Assembly: GCA_028534125.1 (NCBI GenBank)
Contig: CM052831.1
Coordinates: forward strand, 23,746,001 to 23,810,000
Direction of reading: 5' to 3'
Length of the DNA: 64,000 nucleotides
Source: Lama glama
Lineage: Eukaryota
Made by a program: the position numbers and the translations under genes. This document shows positions 12,141 to 24,100 of this stretch, in pieces; position 1 is the stretch's first letter, and each line of letters begins with the position of its first letter. The notes under the pieces were generated by a model. The model saw only the letters and a program-made list of their open reading frames with translations. It was not told the DNA's origin and did not search any database.

Positions 12141-15100
12141 GTGAGCCCCCAGGTGCCTTAGGGGTCTCGAGCGCCTGGCGAGGACATGCGAGGCCGGGGC
12201 AGCCATCCCGGGAGCCCTCACCCCCTCCCACTCACTCCGTGTTTTCCCTCCTCCTCCTCCTTTTGGCCCTCCGCCCAGCACCTCACACCCTCAGTTTTCA
12301 AGCCCTGGTAAGATTGCTCGATTTTGTTTTGTTTTGTGGATTTGTTTTGAGTTTATTTTGGTGGAAGTGTAGTTGTGTTTTATGTTCAGGTGTCTCTTGA
12401 TAATGGTAACCCATAGTTCCCGTGAGGGGACAGCGGGGGAAGACTTTGGGAGGATTTTACCCAGAATACTTGCTGCCTGCTTTTTGTCCTGGGGAAAACC
12501 AGAAGCCCTGGTGATTAGGTAGGCTGGGAGCAGGGTTGAGTCAGATGGAATGCAGGAGTGGGAGGCCTCTACTGATTAGCTGAAGCCCTTTGCTATTACG
12601 GAATGTCCCGAAATTGCTGTATTACGGCAACACTTTGATTCATATATGGTGACTCTTTCTTCCTTTTTATAATGCAATTGGGGGGGCATCAACAGCCACC
12701 AGCATGGTGTGGTCTTTCCTGGGGGGGGTGGGGAATCCTTTGTAAACCAAGGAATAATCTACTAAGGAAATTAACTTTAAAGTTGCATTGCCTGATTATA
12801 CAAAGGACTCTTGAACAACTTGGGTTCTTCTGGGACTGTTGAGACATGCTCTTCGAAGACAGAATGTACCGGGCGCCTCTCTGTACTCTGAATATGCATG
12901 TGNNNNNNNNNNNNNNNNNNNNNNNNNNNNNNNNNNNNNNNNNNNNNNNNNNNNNNNNNNNNNNNNNNNNNNNNNNNNNNNNNNNNNNNNNNNNNNNNNN
13001 NNNNNNNNNNNNNNNNNNNNNNNNNNNNNNNNNGGCCACAGGGAAGTGTGGTCCCCTGAATTCCCCACCCTGGCTCCTCTGCGCCCAGAGCTGGGGACTA
13101 CCTCAGAAGTGTCGTCTCTCTGAGCACGCATTCCCCTGCAGCAAGCAAGCGAGCGGGCGGGCAGCAAGGACTGAGCAAATTGAGTGAACCCAGGCCAGAG
13201 AGGCCTGGGAGGAAAGGTGTTCAGCCAGTCGGTTGTAAGGCATTCGTCGGCACCTGCTGAAATGATCCCATCTGACAGCCCCCTCCTCAAAGACTGTCTA
13301 ATTACACATGGCAGGTTCTAGAGACTCGGGGAGAGCTGCTTTCAAGGCTACTGCGCGTCTGTGCTCCCAGCCTAACCCTATTTGCCTTGTGTTCATTTTG
13401 TTCTTTTGTGACATGAGATTGCAAAGACCAATAAAGCAATATATTTAAGAAGGACAAAAGGCTTGGGGTGCCCACCATGTGGGGGTGCTGCAAGAAGCCT
13501 TTGCTAGGGTGTCTTGTGCTGTGTGGTTTGTTTTGTTTGCTCCTTTATTTTGTTTTGCTTGCCCAGTCTTCCCTTACCCTTGGATGCTTCATACCCCTCA
13601 GGCAAATCTGTGTTCCCCTGTGTTCAGGCTCTGCTTTAAAGCAAGCCTCAGGGCCACTGGAGTTTCTGTTTAGGGCATTAAAAATTCCCACAAGATATAA
13701 AGAGCAAATGTTTTTACATCTNNNNNNNNNNNNNNNNNNNNNNNNNNNNNNNNNNNNNNNNNNNNNNNNNNNNNNNNNNNNNNNNNNNNNNNNNNNNNNN
13801 NNNNNNNNNNNNNNNNNNNNNNNNNNNNNNNNNNNNNNNNNNNNNNNNNNNNNNNNNTGGTGTCATTTTTTCTAGCTGTTTTGATATTTGTTAGGTTTGC
13901 AGATGAGTTTGGGCCTCTGGCAACATAGAGACTAAGGAACAGGGTAAGAAAAAAACAACTGTTACAATCATGTTATTTATAACACATCTTCCTATGGAAT
14001 TAAAAGTCCTCTTTGTTCCTCACCCTCCTCCCAGGTGTGGTATCTGTGCGCTTTGAAGAAGATGAAGACAGGAACTTGTGTTTAATAGCATATCCATTAA
14101 AAGGGGACCATGGAAATGTGGACAGTGTAGATAATTCAGACTGTGAACCAAAAAGTAAGCTCCTAAGGTGGACGAACAAAAAACACCACGTCCTAGAAAC
14201 AGAAAAGACCCCCAAGGACTGGGTGCGGCAACATCGGAAAGAAGAGAAGATGAAGAGGTGGGTATAGACGGAGAGGGCACTGGACTCTGTGGGAGGGTGG
14301 GGAGGGATCTCAGTCACAGCGCAGTCCCCTGGGGCTAAGGACTCACACGATGGACTTAGGTGCCTTGTCAGTCTGTGGTCAGTTCCCGCATGGCATGCCC
14401 AGCTTCTCTTTAATTGACTCTGAGTTAGATCATGCCACGTTGGGTAAGACAACTGTAGAGGCAGCTGTGAAAGAGTTTCAGTCACTCATTCCTTCTGCAA
14501 ATGCCCTGTGCCAGGCACTATGCTGCATCCTAGAGATGGAGCAGTGACCCAGACAGGAGCCATCTGCTCACCCCAGGTTGTTCACTGATAGTGGGAGACA
14601 AAATGGTCAGTTGCGCATCCCCAAATCTTGGGGATCCACCTAAGCAGAGCCCACCAAGTACTGCACCTTGGCAGAGCTTGTAGAAACACAAAGTTATATA
14701 TACATATAAAATGTAGCTAAGTAGGTCGACTTATTCTTATGGAACTTCAGTTCAGATTGTCCCAGTCTCCAGCATTCTGAGTCAGGGAATCTGAATGTAC
14801 CAGAAGTCGGGGGGTGGTACTGCCTAGAAGAAGAGGGCAGTGAAGGCTGCCTTGCAGGATACAGGGTGGAGGCTGAGGCTGTTCTTGCACCTTAGGGTTT
14901 CCTTATTGTAGAAAAACAGTGAACTGGCCCCTTAATATTTTTAAATCAACTGTCTTTAGGTATAATATACATACAGTAAAATGTACCCATTTGCATTGTT
15001 AACGTGTACGCTGAAACAACCACCCAACATCAAGATATCAAACTTCCTATCAGTCCAGAAAGTTCCTTGATGCTTTTTTGGCCCTGATTTGAATTAAGAC

Positions 15101-18100
15101 AGTATGATTTACTGGCTTCTTGTCTCTATAGCCATAAATTAGAAGAAGAATTTGAGTGGCTGAAGAAATCTGAAGTCTTGTACTACAGTGTAGAGAAAAA
15201 GGGGAACGTAAGTTCCCAGTTTAAACACTATAACCCATGGAGCATGAAGTGTCACCAGCAACAGTTACAGAGAATGAAGGAGAATGCAAAACATCGGAAC
15301 CAGTACAGTATCCTTTGTTCACAGGGCATCTCTGCCTTGGAGGGGAGGGAAAAGCAAGTGAGGAGACCCTTGGAACTTGTAGAGAGAATTTGGATTTTTT
15401 TAGTTATGGTTGTGCCAGGACACCCTACATGGTAACTACGGGCAACTATCACTTCCCTTGGGGCTGAGAGCTGGTGTGGGAGTGCAGGTGGTGGGAATGG
15501 GGTTTGATGGGTTCCTAGGGGTGAGAGGTACCTCATGGAGGGACCGGGACCTACCTGCATCAGGGAGGCTTTAGCCTAGAGTGCAAGTTGCTGGCTCATA
15601 TTTTCAAACTCCTGCGGAAACTCCCAAATAGCCTAACTGCCAAGGTCTGCGGCTGACGGGGAGGACTGACCAGACTGGCACATGAAGAAAATACATGATC
15701 CTTTCTTTTTTGAGAATCAGGGAACCTATATGTACCAGATAGAATGATGCATTGAACCTCTAAGTACCAGTCACCCAGACTGAGTTAACCTACTCACATC
15801 AGCCTCCTGCCATGACTGTCTCTATACACCCAGCATCGCCCAGCTTCGCCCAGCTGAACTCTTCTGATACAAGTGTCAGATCATTTCATCTGTATACACC
15901 TCAACATGTATCTCGAAATGATAGACATTTTTAAAACATTAATACCATTATTACACCTTGAAAAGTGGATGGTAATTCCTTACTATCAAATATCTAGTAT
16001 GTGTCCCCATTTTCCTAATTGTCTCGTAACTGTTTTTGATTATTTGCTTGAATGGGGATCCAAACGAGGTTCACAAACTGCATTTGGTTGAAACGTTGTT
16101 AAGTCTTTTAAAATACTCTTTCTTTTTTCTCTTCTTGGAAATTTCTTGTCAAAAAAAACTGGATCTTCTAGAGTTTCCCACCATCTGGATTTTACTGATT
16201 ACATTCTGCGGTGTCTCTTACATGTTACTCTTTCCTCTCTGTTTCCATTAAGTTGATAATTTGATCTACAGGCTTGATCAGATTCAGGTCCAGTTTTAGG
16301 GGGGTGGGGGCAAGAATCCCTCAGAGATGGTATTGTACCTGTCCGTGAGGAAGCACAGTGTTTAGTTGTCTTTCTCTTTTGTATTGCCTTTGCCTTAAAT
16401 CCATTTTTTTCATTAGGTGATTTTCTAATTTTTTCATTCCTTCTTCATTTATTAGCTGGAAACCTGTGAAGAGAAACTTCTTACTAACTATGTGCTTATT
16501 CTGAGGTATAGTTTATATAGGAAAGGCAAGTTAAATGTTTATTTTCCTTTATTTACTAGATATTTGGAATGATGAGATGGTTTTTTAACATCCTTCAAAG
16601 GTGACCACCGAGTTTTTCAGCATTATTATGAATCCATGAATTTAAACATTTGATGTGTTTTAGTCCATTATAGTTATCTTTACTGATGCTCAAATTGTCC
16701 CATGTTTGGCCAGGAGAGCCTTTTAAAATAGGCTTCTGAGTCATTTTGACACAATGACAGTAGTTTGTGATGGCTGTCTTACGCCCTGGTATGAAGAGAT
16801 GGTACAGGGTCATGTATGTGTCCTACTCCATATGTGAATTCATTATTTCTTTAAGGCAGAAGTTGCAAGCTTTCTCAGTAGCGGGCCAGATAGTAAATAT
16901 TTTAGGCTTTGCAGGCCATGCACTGTATCACAACTCTGCTTTTATAGCATGAAAACAGCCATAGACAGTAATGTAAGTAAACAAACATGGCTGTATTCAA
17001 TAAAACTCTATGTATGGTCACTGAAAAATTTGAATTTCACTTAATTTTCATGTGTCATGAAGTTATTATATATTTTTTGACCTCCTAAAAGTGTAAGAAC
17101 CAGTCATTCCTAGCTTACAGGCTGTAGAGCAATGGGCAGTAGGTCATGGGTCACCAGTCCCTGCTCTAGGAGCACTGGTCTGGGCACTAGGGGAGATCAT
17201 ACATCTGGCTGTGGTTTCTAGACCTTTTCATTGCCCACAGCTGGGAAATACATATTTATTTTAAAGAGAAAACTTCGTAAGTTCATACTGATATTTCTAG
17301 TTCATATTTAAGATGAGGATTTACCAAACTTACTTGATGTTCTGTTGTGATTTAGGACAGTATGTTTTTGGACCTTGGTCCCACATCTTGCTGAGTTCAG
17401 GAAATGGTATATGTGTCACCGAGGCTGGGGGAGACCAGGACTGTGTTGAGTCCAGACCCAGGCTGTTTTCAGGACAGTTCTCTGACAAGAACTGAAGGGG
17501 CCTTTTAGCCTTCTTGTCAGACCTGGGCTCCCTGCATGGGAGGTAACAGGATCTCTGCAGCACTTTGTGCAGGCATTGTGCCCGGGGAGTGCCCAGGCCC
17601 CATGGAGCAGCACCTTTTCTTTAGAGGGGTATTGTCCTTAACTATTCAGAATTTATCTTACTGGAAAACCTGACTTCCCGTTATGAGGTGCCTTGTGTCC
17701 TGGACCTCAAGATGGGTACGCGCCAGCATGGTGACGATGCTTCAGAGGAGAAGGCGGCCAACCAGATCCGCAAATGCCAGCAGAGCACATCTGCGGTCAT
17801 CGGTGTGCGTGTGTGTGGCATGCAGGTGAGAGGAGTGTTAGGCATGGTGTGGGCTGGCCAGGGCATACAGGAACTGCCATTCCCCCACCCTGGCATGGTC
17901 CCATTTTCTCAAAAGATTACAGATTTGACTGAATCTGTCACTTTCTGATTAGAAAAGAAAGCATGCATGCCTGGGTGATCCCCTCTGGGACTGGCCTGAC
18001 TGGCTGAGTCCTGAGGTTGTGGACAGGAAGGGGAGAAAGGCAAGAGGGTTAGGCCCTTTCCACCAACCCATATGCTGAGCTGGGGGCCTGGGGATGGAAC

Positions 18101-18781
18101 CCAGGTCAGAGGGCTATATCCCGAGTGGGTGTTGACTGGAGAGGACAGTCCTGTGTGACTGGTATTCTTACTTAACAAGTTAAAGAATCTGATCCAAGGC
18201 TGTCATATCATTGCAGTCCCCAGGACCAGGCTCTGAGATAGATGACTGTTTTACCTGACCTGCTGGTCTCCCTCCCGCAGGTATACCAGGCAGGCAGTGG
18301 GCAGCTCATGTTCATGAACAAATACCATGGACGGAAGCTGTCAGTGCAGGGCTTCAAGGAGGCACTTTTCCAGTTCTTCCACAATGGGCGGTACCTGCGC
18401 CGGGAGCTCCTGGGCCCTGTGCTTAGGAAGCTGACTGAGCTCAAGGCCGTGTTGGAGCGACAAGAATCCTACCGCTTCTACTCAAGCTCCCTGCTGGTCA
18501 TCTATGATGGCAAGGAGCGGCCTGAGGTGGCCCTGGACTCAGATGCTGAGGACTTGGAGGACCTGTCAGAGGAGTCAGCCGACGAATCTGCTGGTGCCTA
18601 TGCCTATAAGCCCATTGGCACAAGCTCAGTGGACGTGCGCATGATCGATTTCGCACACACCACCTGCAGGCTGTATGGCGAGGACAGTGTGGTACACGAG
18701 GGCCAGGATGCTGGCTATATCTTCGGGCTCCAGAGCCTAATAGACATTGTCACAGAATTAAGTGAGGAAAGTGGGGAGTGA
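11939..18781 (+). CDS. IP6K2: Inositol hexakisphosphate kinase 2, spliced CDS join(11939..12140,14035..14257,15132..15307,17650..17825,18281..18781), 425 aa
   Basis: Starts [16 protein letters not shown]. Contains the IPK-family motifs [13 protein letters not shown] and MIDFAH. Exons total 1278 nt, frame intact, ends ESGE*. Confidence 0.98.
14035..14257 (+). CDS. IP6K2: IP6K2 coding exon 2
   Basis: ccag|GT GTG; [11 protein letters not shown]...EEKMK; donor AG|gtgggt. Confidence 0.96.
15132..15307 (+). CDS. IP6K2: IP6K2 coding exon 3
   Basis: tag|C CAT; HKLEEEF...HRNQY; U12-type donor A|gtatcctt. Confidence 0.95.
15720..16850 (-). mobile_element. Old L1M fragment(s) inside the IP6K2 U12 intron
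   Basis: T-rich degenerate L1 3' sequence (GATGCTCAAATTGTCCC...TTTGGCCAG; TGAGGTATAGTTTATATAGGAAAGGCA). Confidence 0.55.
16857..17165. mobile_element. MER58-like hAT-Charlie MITE
   Basis: GGGCCAGATAGTAAATATTTTAGGCTTTGCAGGCC...AATAAAACT...CCCTG. Confidence 0.75.
17650..17825 (+). CDS. IP6K2: IP6K2 coding exon 4
   Basis: [22 protein letters not shown]...VCGMQ; donor |gtgaga. Confidence 0.96.
18281..18781 (+). CDS. IP6K2: IP6K2 coding exon 5 (last)
   Basis: cgcag|GTA; VYQAGSG...SEESGE* (TGA 18779-18781). Confidence 0.97.
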   Translation, partial: VYQAGSGQLMFMNKYHGRKLSVQGFKEALFQFFHNGRYLRRELLGPVLRKLTELKAVLERQESYRFYSSSLLVIYDGKERPEVALDSDAEDLEDLSEESADESAGAYAYKPIGTSSVDVRMIDFAHTTCRLYGEDSVVHEGQDAGYIFGLQSLIDIVTELSEESGE

Positions 18782-19029
18782 GCTTGCTGGCTGCACCAGC
18801 ACCTGAGAGACTCTCTATGTCCCAGGCACAGCTGTGCTGCGCCAGGGAGGAGGCCAGTATGGCCAGGCGGTGGCCCCTGCAGCCTGGAGCTGATGTGCAG
18901 AGGCCTCTGTGAGTCCCAGCCTGAGCCAGCCCCAGCCGTGCTTGGAGTCTTTATTTATTTTAACTATTTCTTCAACATTCCACATTTGATGATGCAGATA
19001 CCTCTTTCTTCCCTGAGTGTAAATGTTCT

Positions 19030-19035
19030 AATACA
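19030..19035 (+). terminator. IP6K2: Probable variant polyA signal (AATACA) of IP6K2
   Basis: No AATAAA or ATTAAA seen just after the stop. AATACA sits in a U-rich context, downstream of an AU-rich TTTATTTATTTT near 18950. Confidence 0.55.
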
Positions 19036-20829
19036 AACCTTTTTGTTAATTGTAAACAGTGCTGCTGTCATTCTTGCCAGGGATAGGCAGCCAGCCCCCC
19101 ACAACCCTCAAGAAACCTCACACGTGCTGTGACCTCCCCCAGGGCCAGCGACATCCTCTTTGCCCGTGCCCCCACCTCATGGACTCTAAAGTCACCACAG
19201 CCTCGTGGCTTGGTCCTCAGTCCCCTACCCTAGCACCCACACACAAAACCTTAAATGGGTCCCTCGGGGGTCTGTACTGGCCTGATGTCCCAGCACCCTT
19301 TATGTAAATAGCTACAATTGACTCTTACCACAGGTCTTCCCCTGTTCTCATGTGACTTAAGCCAAGATTGGGCAGCAGGTGTGCCAAACCTTGGGTCCAG
19401 CTCCTGTGCCACTGGCAGCAGCTAATGGCTGACCATTGTGATGTCAGACATCCCGGAGCCAGTACTGGGGCCTCAGGTAGCCACCAGGCTCTGGATCTGT
19501 TGGCAGCCATTGGCTCTGTGGTAAAGGTCCCAGGAGGTCCCAGGAGATAGGGGGCTTGATGGGAGGGGGTGTTCTGCGCAATGTGGTCCTCTTGGCCACA
19601 CCTGTCACCACTCCTGCCCAGCCCTGGACCCCATGCAACTGCGCCATCCTTCGTGTAGCTCCAGCCAGGGTAGCCCCTAAGAGAGCTACTTCTGCTCAGT
19701 GCTAGGAGGGTTTCAAGAAGGAGAAAGTGTGGCAGGAGGTCTTGAACTACAGAACCAGACACCAGGGAGAAGAACACAGAGCCAGTGCCAAGAAGGTAGG
19801 GTCTGGATGTCTAGTTCTTGCTGCCCCACTCCTCGCTTGAACCTCTCAGTATCTCTTCTCCAAGGCCCACTATGCCTGTGTCCACTATGTCCAAAGAGGC
19901 CAGCTGCTTACACTGGCCTGCTCCCTTGACCCAGGCTTCCAGAGGGGAATGTGTCTGGACCAGCCCCTGGACAGGAATGGGAGGTCCCCAGGACCCTTAG
20001 GGCCTCTCCCCTCGGTTCCCTCCCCCACCTCCATAGGGCTTAAAAGACCTCAACAGGTCAGGGCTGACTGGGCCGGCTAGTCAAATTAGCTCTTAAGGCC
20101 ACAGGGTACCTCACTCCCACCCTCCACCAGTCATGTCTGCTCTCCGAAGCATCTGAAATAAGATAAACGAGTTGAAGTCCTAAAAAGTCCACAACAGAGC
20201 AATGTGATAGCGTTTTGATAGGGGTGGGAGTGTGACCACCTTATACACTGAGGGAGGGAATTGTGCCTTAGGCAGTGGAAACAACATGCAAAGACCCACG
20301 TTAGACAGGAAGAGAGAAGCTAGTGTCGGAGAAGAGGTGGAATGGGGAGCAAGTATGGGAGGACTTTGGACAGGGAAATGGCCCGACCGGGTTTCTGTTT
20401 TTACTGCCTTTTCCTCATTCTTGCTCCCAATTGCCCACCACTGGCGCAGTAAGCAGGGTCGTAAGGACTGGAGACATCGAGGAGACCGGGGCCTCCAAGT
20501 ATCGAGATCCAACAACGGGACTACTCACTGGGTCGCCGCCTTTACTGTTAGTAGGTCAGGACCCACTCCCCCGGGGTGGTGGGGACGCATGGGACTATCA
20601 GCACAGAACACAGGCTCTGCCTTTGGGCTTCGAAAGGAGCGCTCCTACGGGAAGTGGGACAGGCCGCAGCACTCGAGCTTGAGCGGGTAGAGGGAGTGGA
20701 GGGCCGGGCGAGAGAAACAGGCTGGGGCTCTACGAGGGGTGCCGGGGCGTGGATCAAGGGCTTGGAGTCGCAGAAGTCCAGGACGAAAGCGGCGGCGGAC
20801 TCTCGAGCGACGCCGGGCCGCGCCGTCTG

Positions 20830-20848
20830 TGGCCACCAGGGGGCGCCG
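20830..20848 (+). promoter_or_regulatory. CTCF consensus site
   Basis: TGGCCACCAGGGGGCGCCG against consensus TGGCCACCAGGGGGCGCTA (17/19). Confidence 0.7.
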
Positions 20849-21018
20849 CGCTTCCGTGCGAGGCCTGATACACTCCTGGGGCGGGGCTGCGGCGAGCGGG
20901 CGCGCGCGCGCACGCGCCGTGTGTCACGGGGCAAGGCGCGCGCGACGAAGCGCTCCCGGCCTGGCGTCTTCGTTCCACGGAAGCCGCGGTCTCCCTTGCT
21001 CCGGCCCGGCCCGGCCCC

Positions 21019-21189
21019 ATGTACCGCGCGCTGTATGCATTCCGCTCCGCGGAGCCCAATGCGCTGGCGTTCGCCGCGGGCGAGACCTTCCTGGTGCTGG
21101 AGCGCAGCAGCGCGCACTGGTGGCTGGCGGCGCGGGCGCGCAGTGGCGAGACTGGCTACGTGCCCCCCGCCTACCTGCGCCGCCTGCAG
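21019..21189 (+). CDS. NCKIPSD: NCKIPSD exon 1 (SH3)
   Basis: MYRALY...LRRLQ|gtgagt. Confidence 0.97.
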
Positions 21190-24100
21190 GTGAGTGTGCC
21201 CCTCCCCGGCCTCCGCCGCCCCAGACCGAGCTCCATCACAGGCTCGAAGGACCGACCCGGAACCCCAGGCCCGCCGGGACCTCCAGGAAATAAGGAGTTT
21301 GAGAACCTGACCCAGAAACCCCACGAGGACTGGGACCCTAAGAGCCCGCACCCCGACAAAAGACTAGGCCCTTGACAGCCAACTCTGAGGACCCCAGACC
21401 TACCAAAAGCCTAAGTCAGGGACTGAGGCTCCTTCAAATTCCAGACTCATTGGGACCCAACATCTGAACCCACATCCGAAAAGAATTCAAGAGTCAGTCC
21501 TGAGTCAGTCTAGCACCACCAAATTCCGACCAGTTCCCCAGATCCCTGAGATCACATACTTAGTCGGCCCCTTCGATGTATCCCCAGGATCCCATACTTT
21601 TGCCTCCCATCCCTCAGCTTCCACCACTGAGACCCCGGCAGCCCTGGACACAGTCTGTTTCCCCAACCATACTCCATGTCCTCACCGTCCCCAACTTGGT
21701 CCCTGGAGCCATGCACACCCCATGCCCTAAATGACCCCCCAAGCCCTGAGACTTCAGTATTTTTACTAGCCTTTACTCAGTCGCCCCCTAAGCTCTTCCT
21801 AAGACACCCTCTGCCAGCCCACTTTGAACCGGAGATCCCAGCCCCTGCTGACACGCCTGCCACTACTTTCCCTACCTCTTTCACAAGCCTCGGACCCTGA
21901 CCTTTCAGACTTCCTTTCTCTGAAAGTGAAGGAGTTCTGTCCCTCCTTGCTCCCTTTGTGAGGAAGTGAGACCTCCTTATGGCCTGCCCTGGTCTGACCA
22001 TGGCCCTATTTCCTTCCAGTGGAGGTTGCAGCCCCAGTTCCTGTTTCCCCAAGAATAGTCCTGGTGTGGGGGCAGGGGTGCATTGTCTCCAGCTGATCTA
22101 TTCTGATCACAGAGGGAAGGAGGGCCTGGAGCCTCCCGGCCTGGCCTGTGCCAGACACCCCCGCCCCATCCTAGTCTCTTGCCTTTAGGAAACATCCTGT
22201 CCCAACCCAGTTCAGGACAGAAATAACAGGATAAATTTGGAGATGTCATCTGGTCTTACCAAAGGGGATGGGCCCTGGGCCCTGGACCCTTGGTCTCATC
22301 CTGCCTAGAAGAGTCTGGAGAGAGAGTGGGAGCCCTGGACATCAGGGCTACTGGGTCCGGAGTGAGCATGTCAGACCCAGCCTCTATGGGGCCAGGGGCT
22401 TGTTGGAGATCTCTGAGGAAAGTCCTGCCTCTTCCCCAAGGGCCAGTGAGGCCCCTTCCCCGCCAGGGCCACAGGGGCTGGGTGTTTGGGGAGGGCAGAG
22501 GGGCTACCATCTTCTCTGTCTCTTGATTTCTTGCTGCATATCTCCCTCTGTCTTCATCTCCCTGGCTCTCTATCTCTGGGTCATTCTGACTCTCCACGTA
22601 TGTATGTCTCTTTCTTTCTCCGACTCTCTCTCCTTCTCTGTCTCTGAATCTCAGTTTCTTTCTGCGTTGTCTCCCTCTGCTTCTCTCTCTCTCTCTCTCT
22701 CCCTCTCCCTGTCTTTCTTGCTTTCTATGTGTTGTCTGTCTTTCTCCTGTCCCCCTTTCTGTCTGCTGTCTCCTGCACTCTGGCACACCCATGCTACCTG
22801 GAGGGCTTTACTGACCTCTGGGTCCATCTGTCTGTCCCTATCAGAGAAGCTTCTCAAACCTGCTCTGGACTGATGTTGCCATAGTTCTGAGGCTCCTATG
22901 CCTAATGGACCATGTGTGCCAGGGACAGGGAGGGATGAGGTGGCTGGTCCCACAGCTGCCACCCCCTACTCCCCAGCCCATGCCAGCCAAGCTGGTCGAT
23001 TGGACCCCTGCGTTGCTGCAGATAGCAGTACCGAATCTGGGGCAAGGGCCAGATCCTGCTCTCATGTCTGTGTTTTGCCACAGATACAGAATTGCTGCTT
23101 CCCAGAACAGGTCTGGAAGATTCCTGGAACAGCTTGAGGGGACGGGGGCTGGCAGCAGGGGTGGGGAGAGGAGATCCTTTCGGCCCCTCCTCAGCTACCA
23201 GGGCCTGCAAGAGGCTCTACGGGGACAAGGCTGTTCTGGAGTGTGACCTTGGTTTTGTGAAGGATCAGCAAGATCCAGAGTGATTTGTTAAGAAGACTTC
23301 CAGACTCTAGAGGCTCCCTGCTTGGCATCTCAGCCTGGGACCTGAGCCAAGCCTGGGGGTAGACTAAGTGTGTACTCCTGGCCTCCAACTCGGGGTCCCT
23401 GGGCTGTGTTTTTCCTCTAGGTCCCAGGTTTTCAGAGACATCTTAGCTGAGAGCCTCACTGCGAGGTAAAATCCTGAGCGGGACCCCAATATAAAGCAGC
23501 AGCACTGGGCCCACCCTATGCCCCAGCTCCCTGAGTGATGCAGTTTGTGAACCCTTATATTCTAGTTCAGCTTGCTCTGTTCAGATCTAGTCTTCCAGAC
23601 TTTAGCTGCAATGATCCTCTGTCTGCCCCAGGCTCTGTCCTGGGCTGGATCTGGGTTTAGTACCCTCTTGGCCCCCAGGCCTAACTGCCCACCCCCACAG
23701 GGCCTGGAGCAGGATGTCCTCCAAGCCATTGACCGGGCCATTGAGGCTGTGCACAATGCGGCCATGCGGGATGGTGGCAAGTACAGCCTGGAGCAGCGCG
23801 GAGTCCTTCAGTGAGTGTTGGGGGGCGGACACCTCCCAGTGTGCATGGTGAGGTTGGGGTCCTGCCAGAGTGCAGAATTGGTAGTGCAGAGCCGGGTGGA
23901 GCATGGGAGTGGAGCTTGGGCTAGGGTGGGCAGCATCCCCCTGGAGCATGTGAGGACTTTGGGAGTTATGAGGTAGATCCCCTAATAATCTCGCTGTCCC
24001 TCTGTCAGAAAGCTGATCCACCACCGAAAAGAGACCCTGTCTCGCAGAGGCCCTTCAGCCCCCAGCCCTGCAGCCATGACCTCATCCACCAGTGACCACC

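Larger units (their letters stand above)
11440..12250. promoter_or_regulatory. CpG-rich region at the first coding exon of IP6K2; possible internal promoter
   Basis: Abrupt CpG enrichment. GC boxes (GGGGCGGGG near 11563, GGGCGGGG at 11691), inverted CCAAT near 11574, GACGTCA near 11444. Confidence 0.6.
15308..17649 (+). other. IP6K2: U12-type (minor spliceosome) GT-AG intron of IP6K2
   Basis: 5' splice site GTATCCTTT at 15308. Branch point TCCTTAAC at 17635-17642, a few nt before CAG 17647-17649, with no polypyrimidine tract. Confidence 0.95.
20400..21400. promoter_or_regulatory. CpG-island promoter of NCKIPSD
   Basis: Very high CpG density around the ATG at 21019; GC boxes; CGCG runs at 20900-20945. 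Confidence 0.85.

Noticed and set aside
11575-12144. 189-aa ORF overlapping the IP6K2 start in another frame
   Set aside because: Non-ATG start, GC-rich composition, crosses the exon acceptor and has no recognisable homology.
20548-21351. 267-aa minus-strand ORF and other long ORFs over the NCKIPSD promoter
   Set aside because: Arg/Ala/Gly/Pro-rich shadow ORFs are expected in CpG islands, where stop codons are scarce.
22256-22873. Long ORFs on both strands in NCKIPSD intron 1
   Set aside because: Produced by the TC/GA low-complexity tract.
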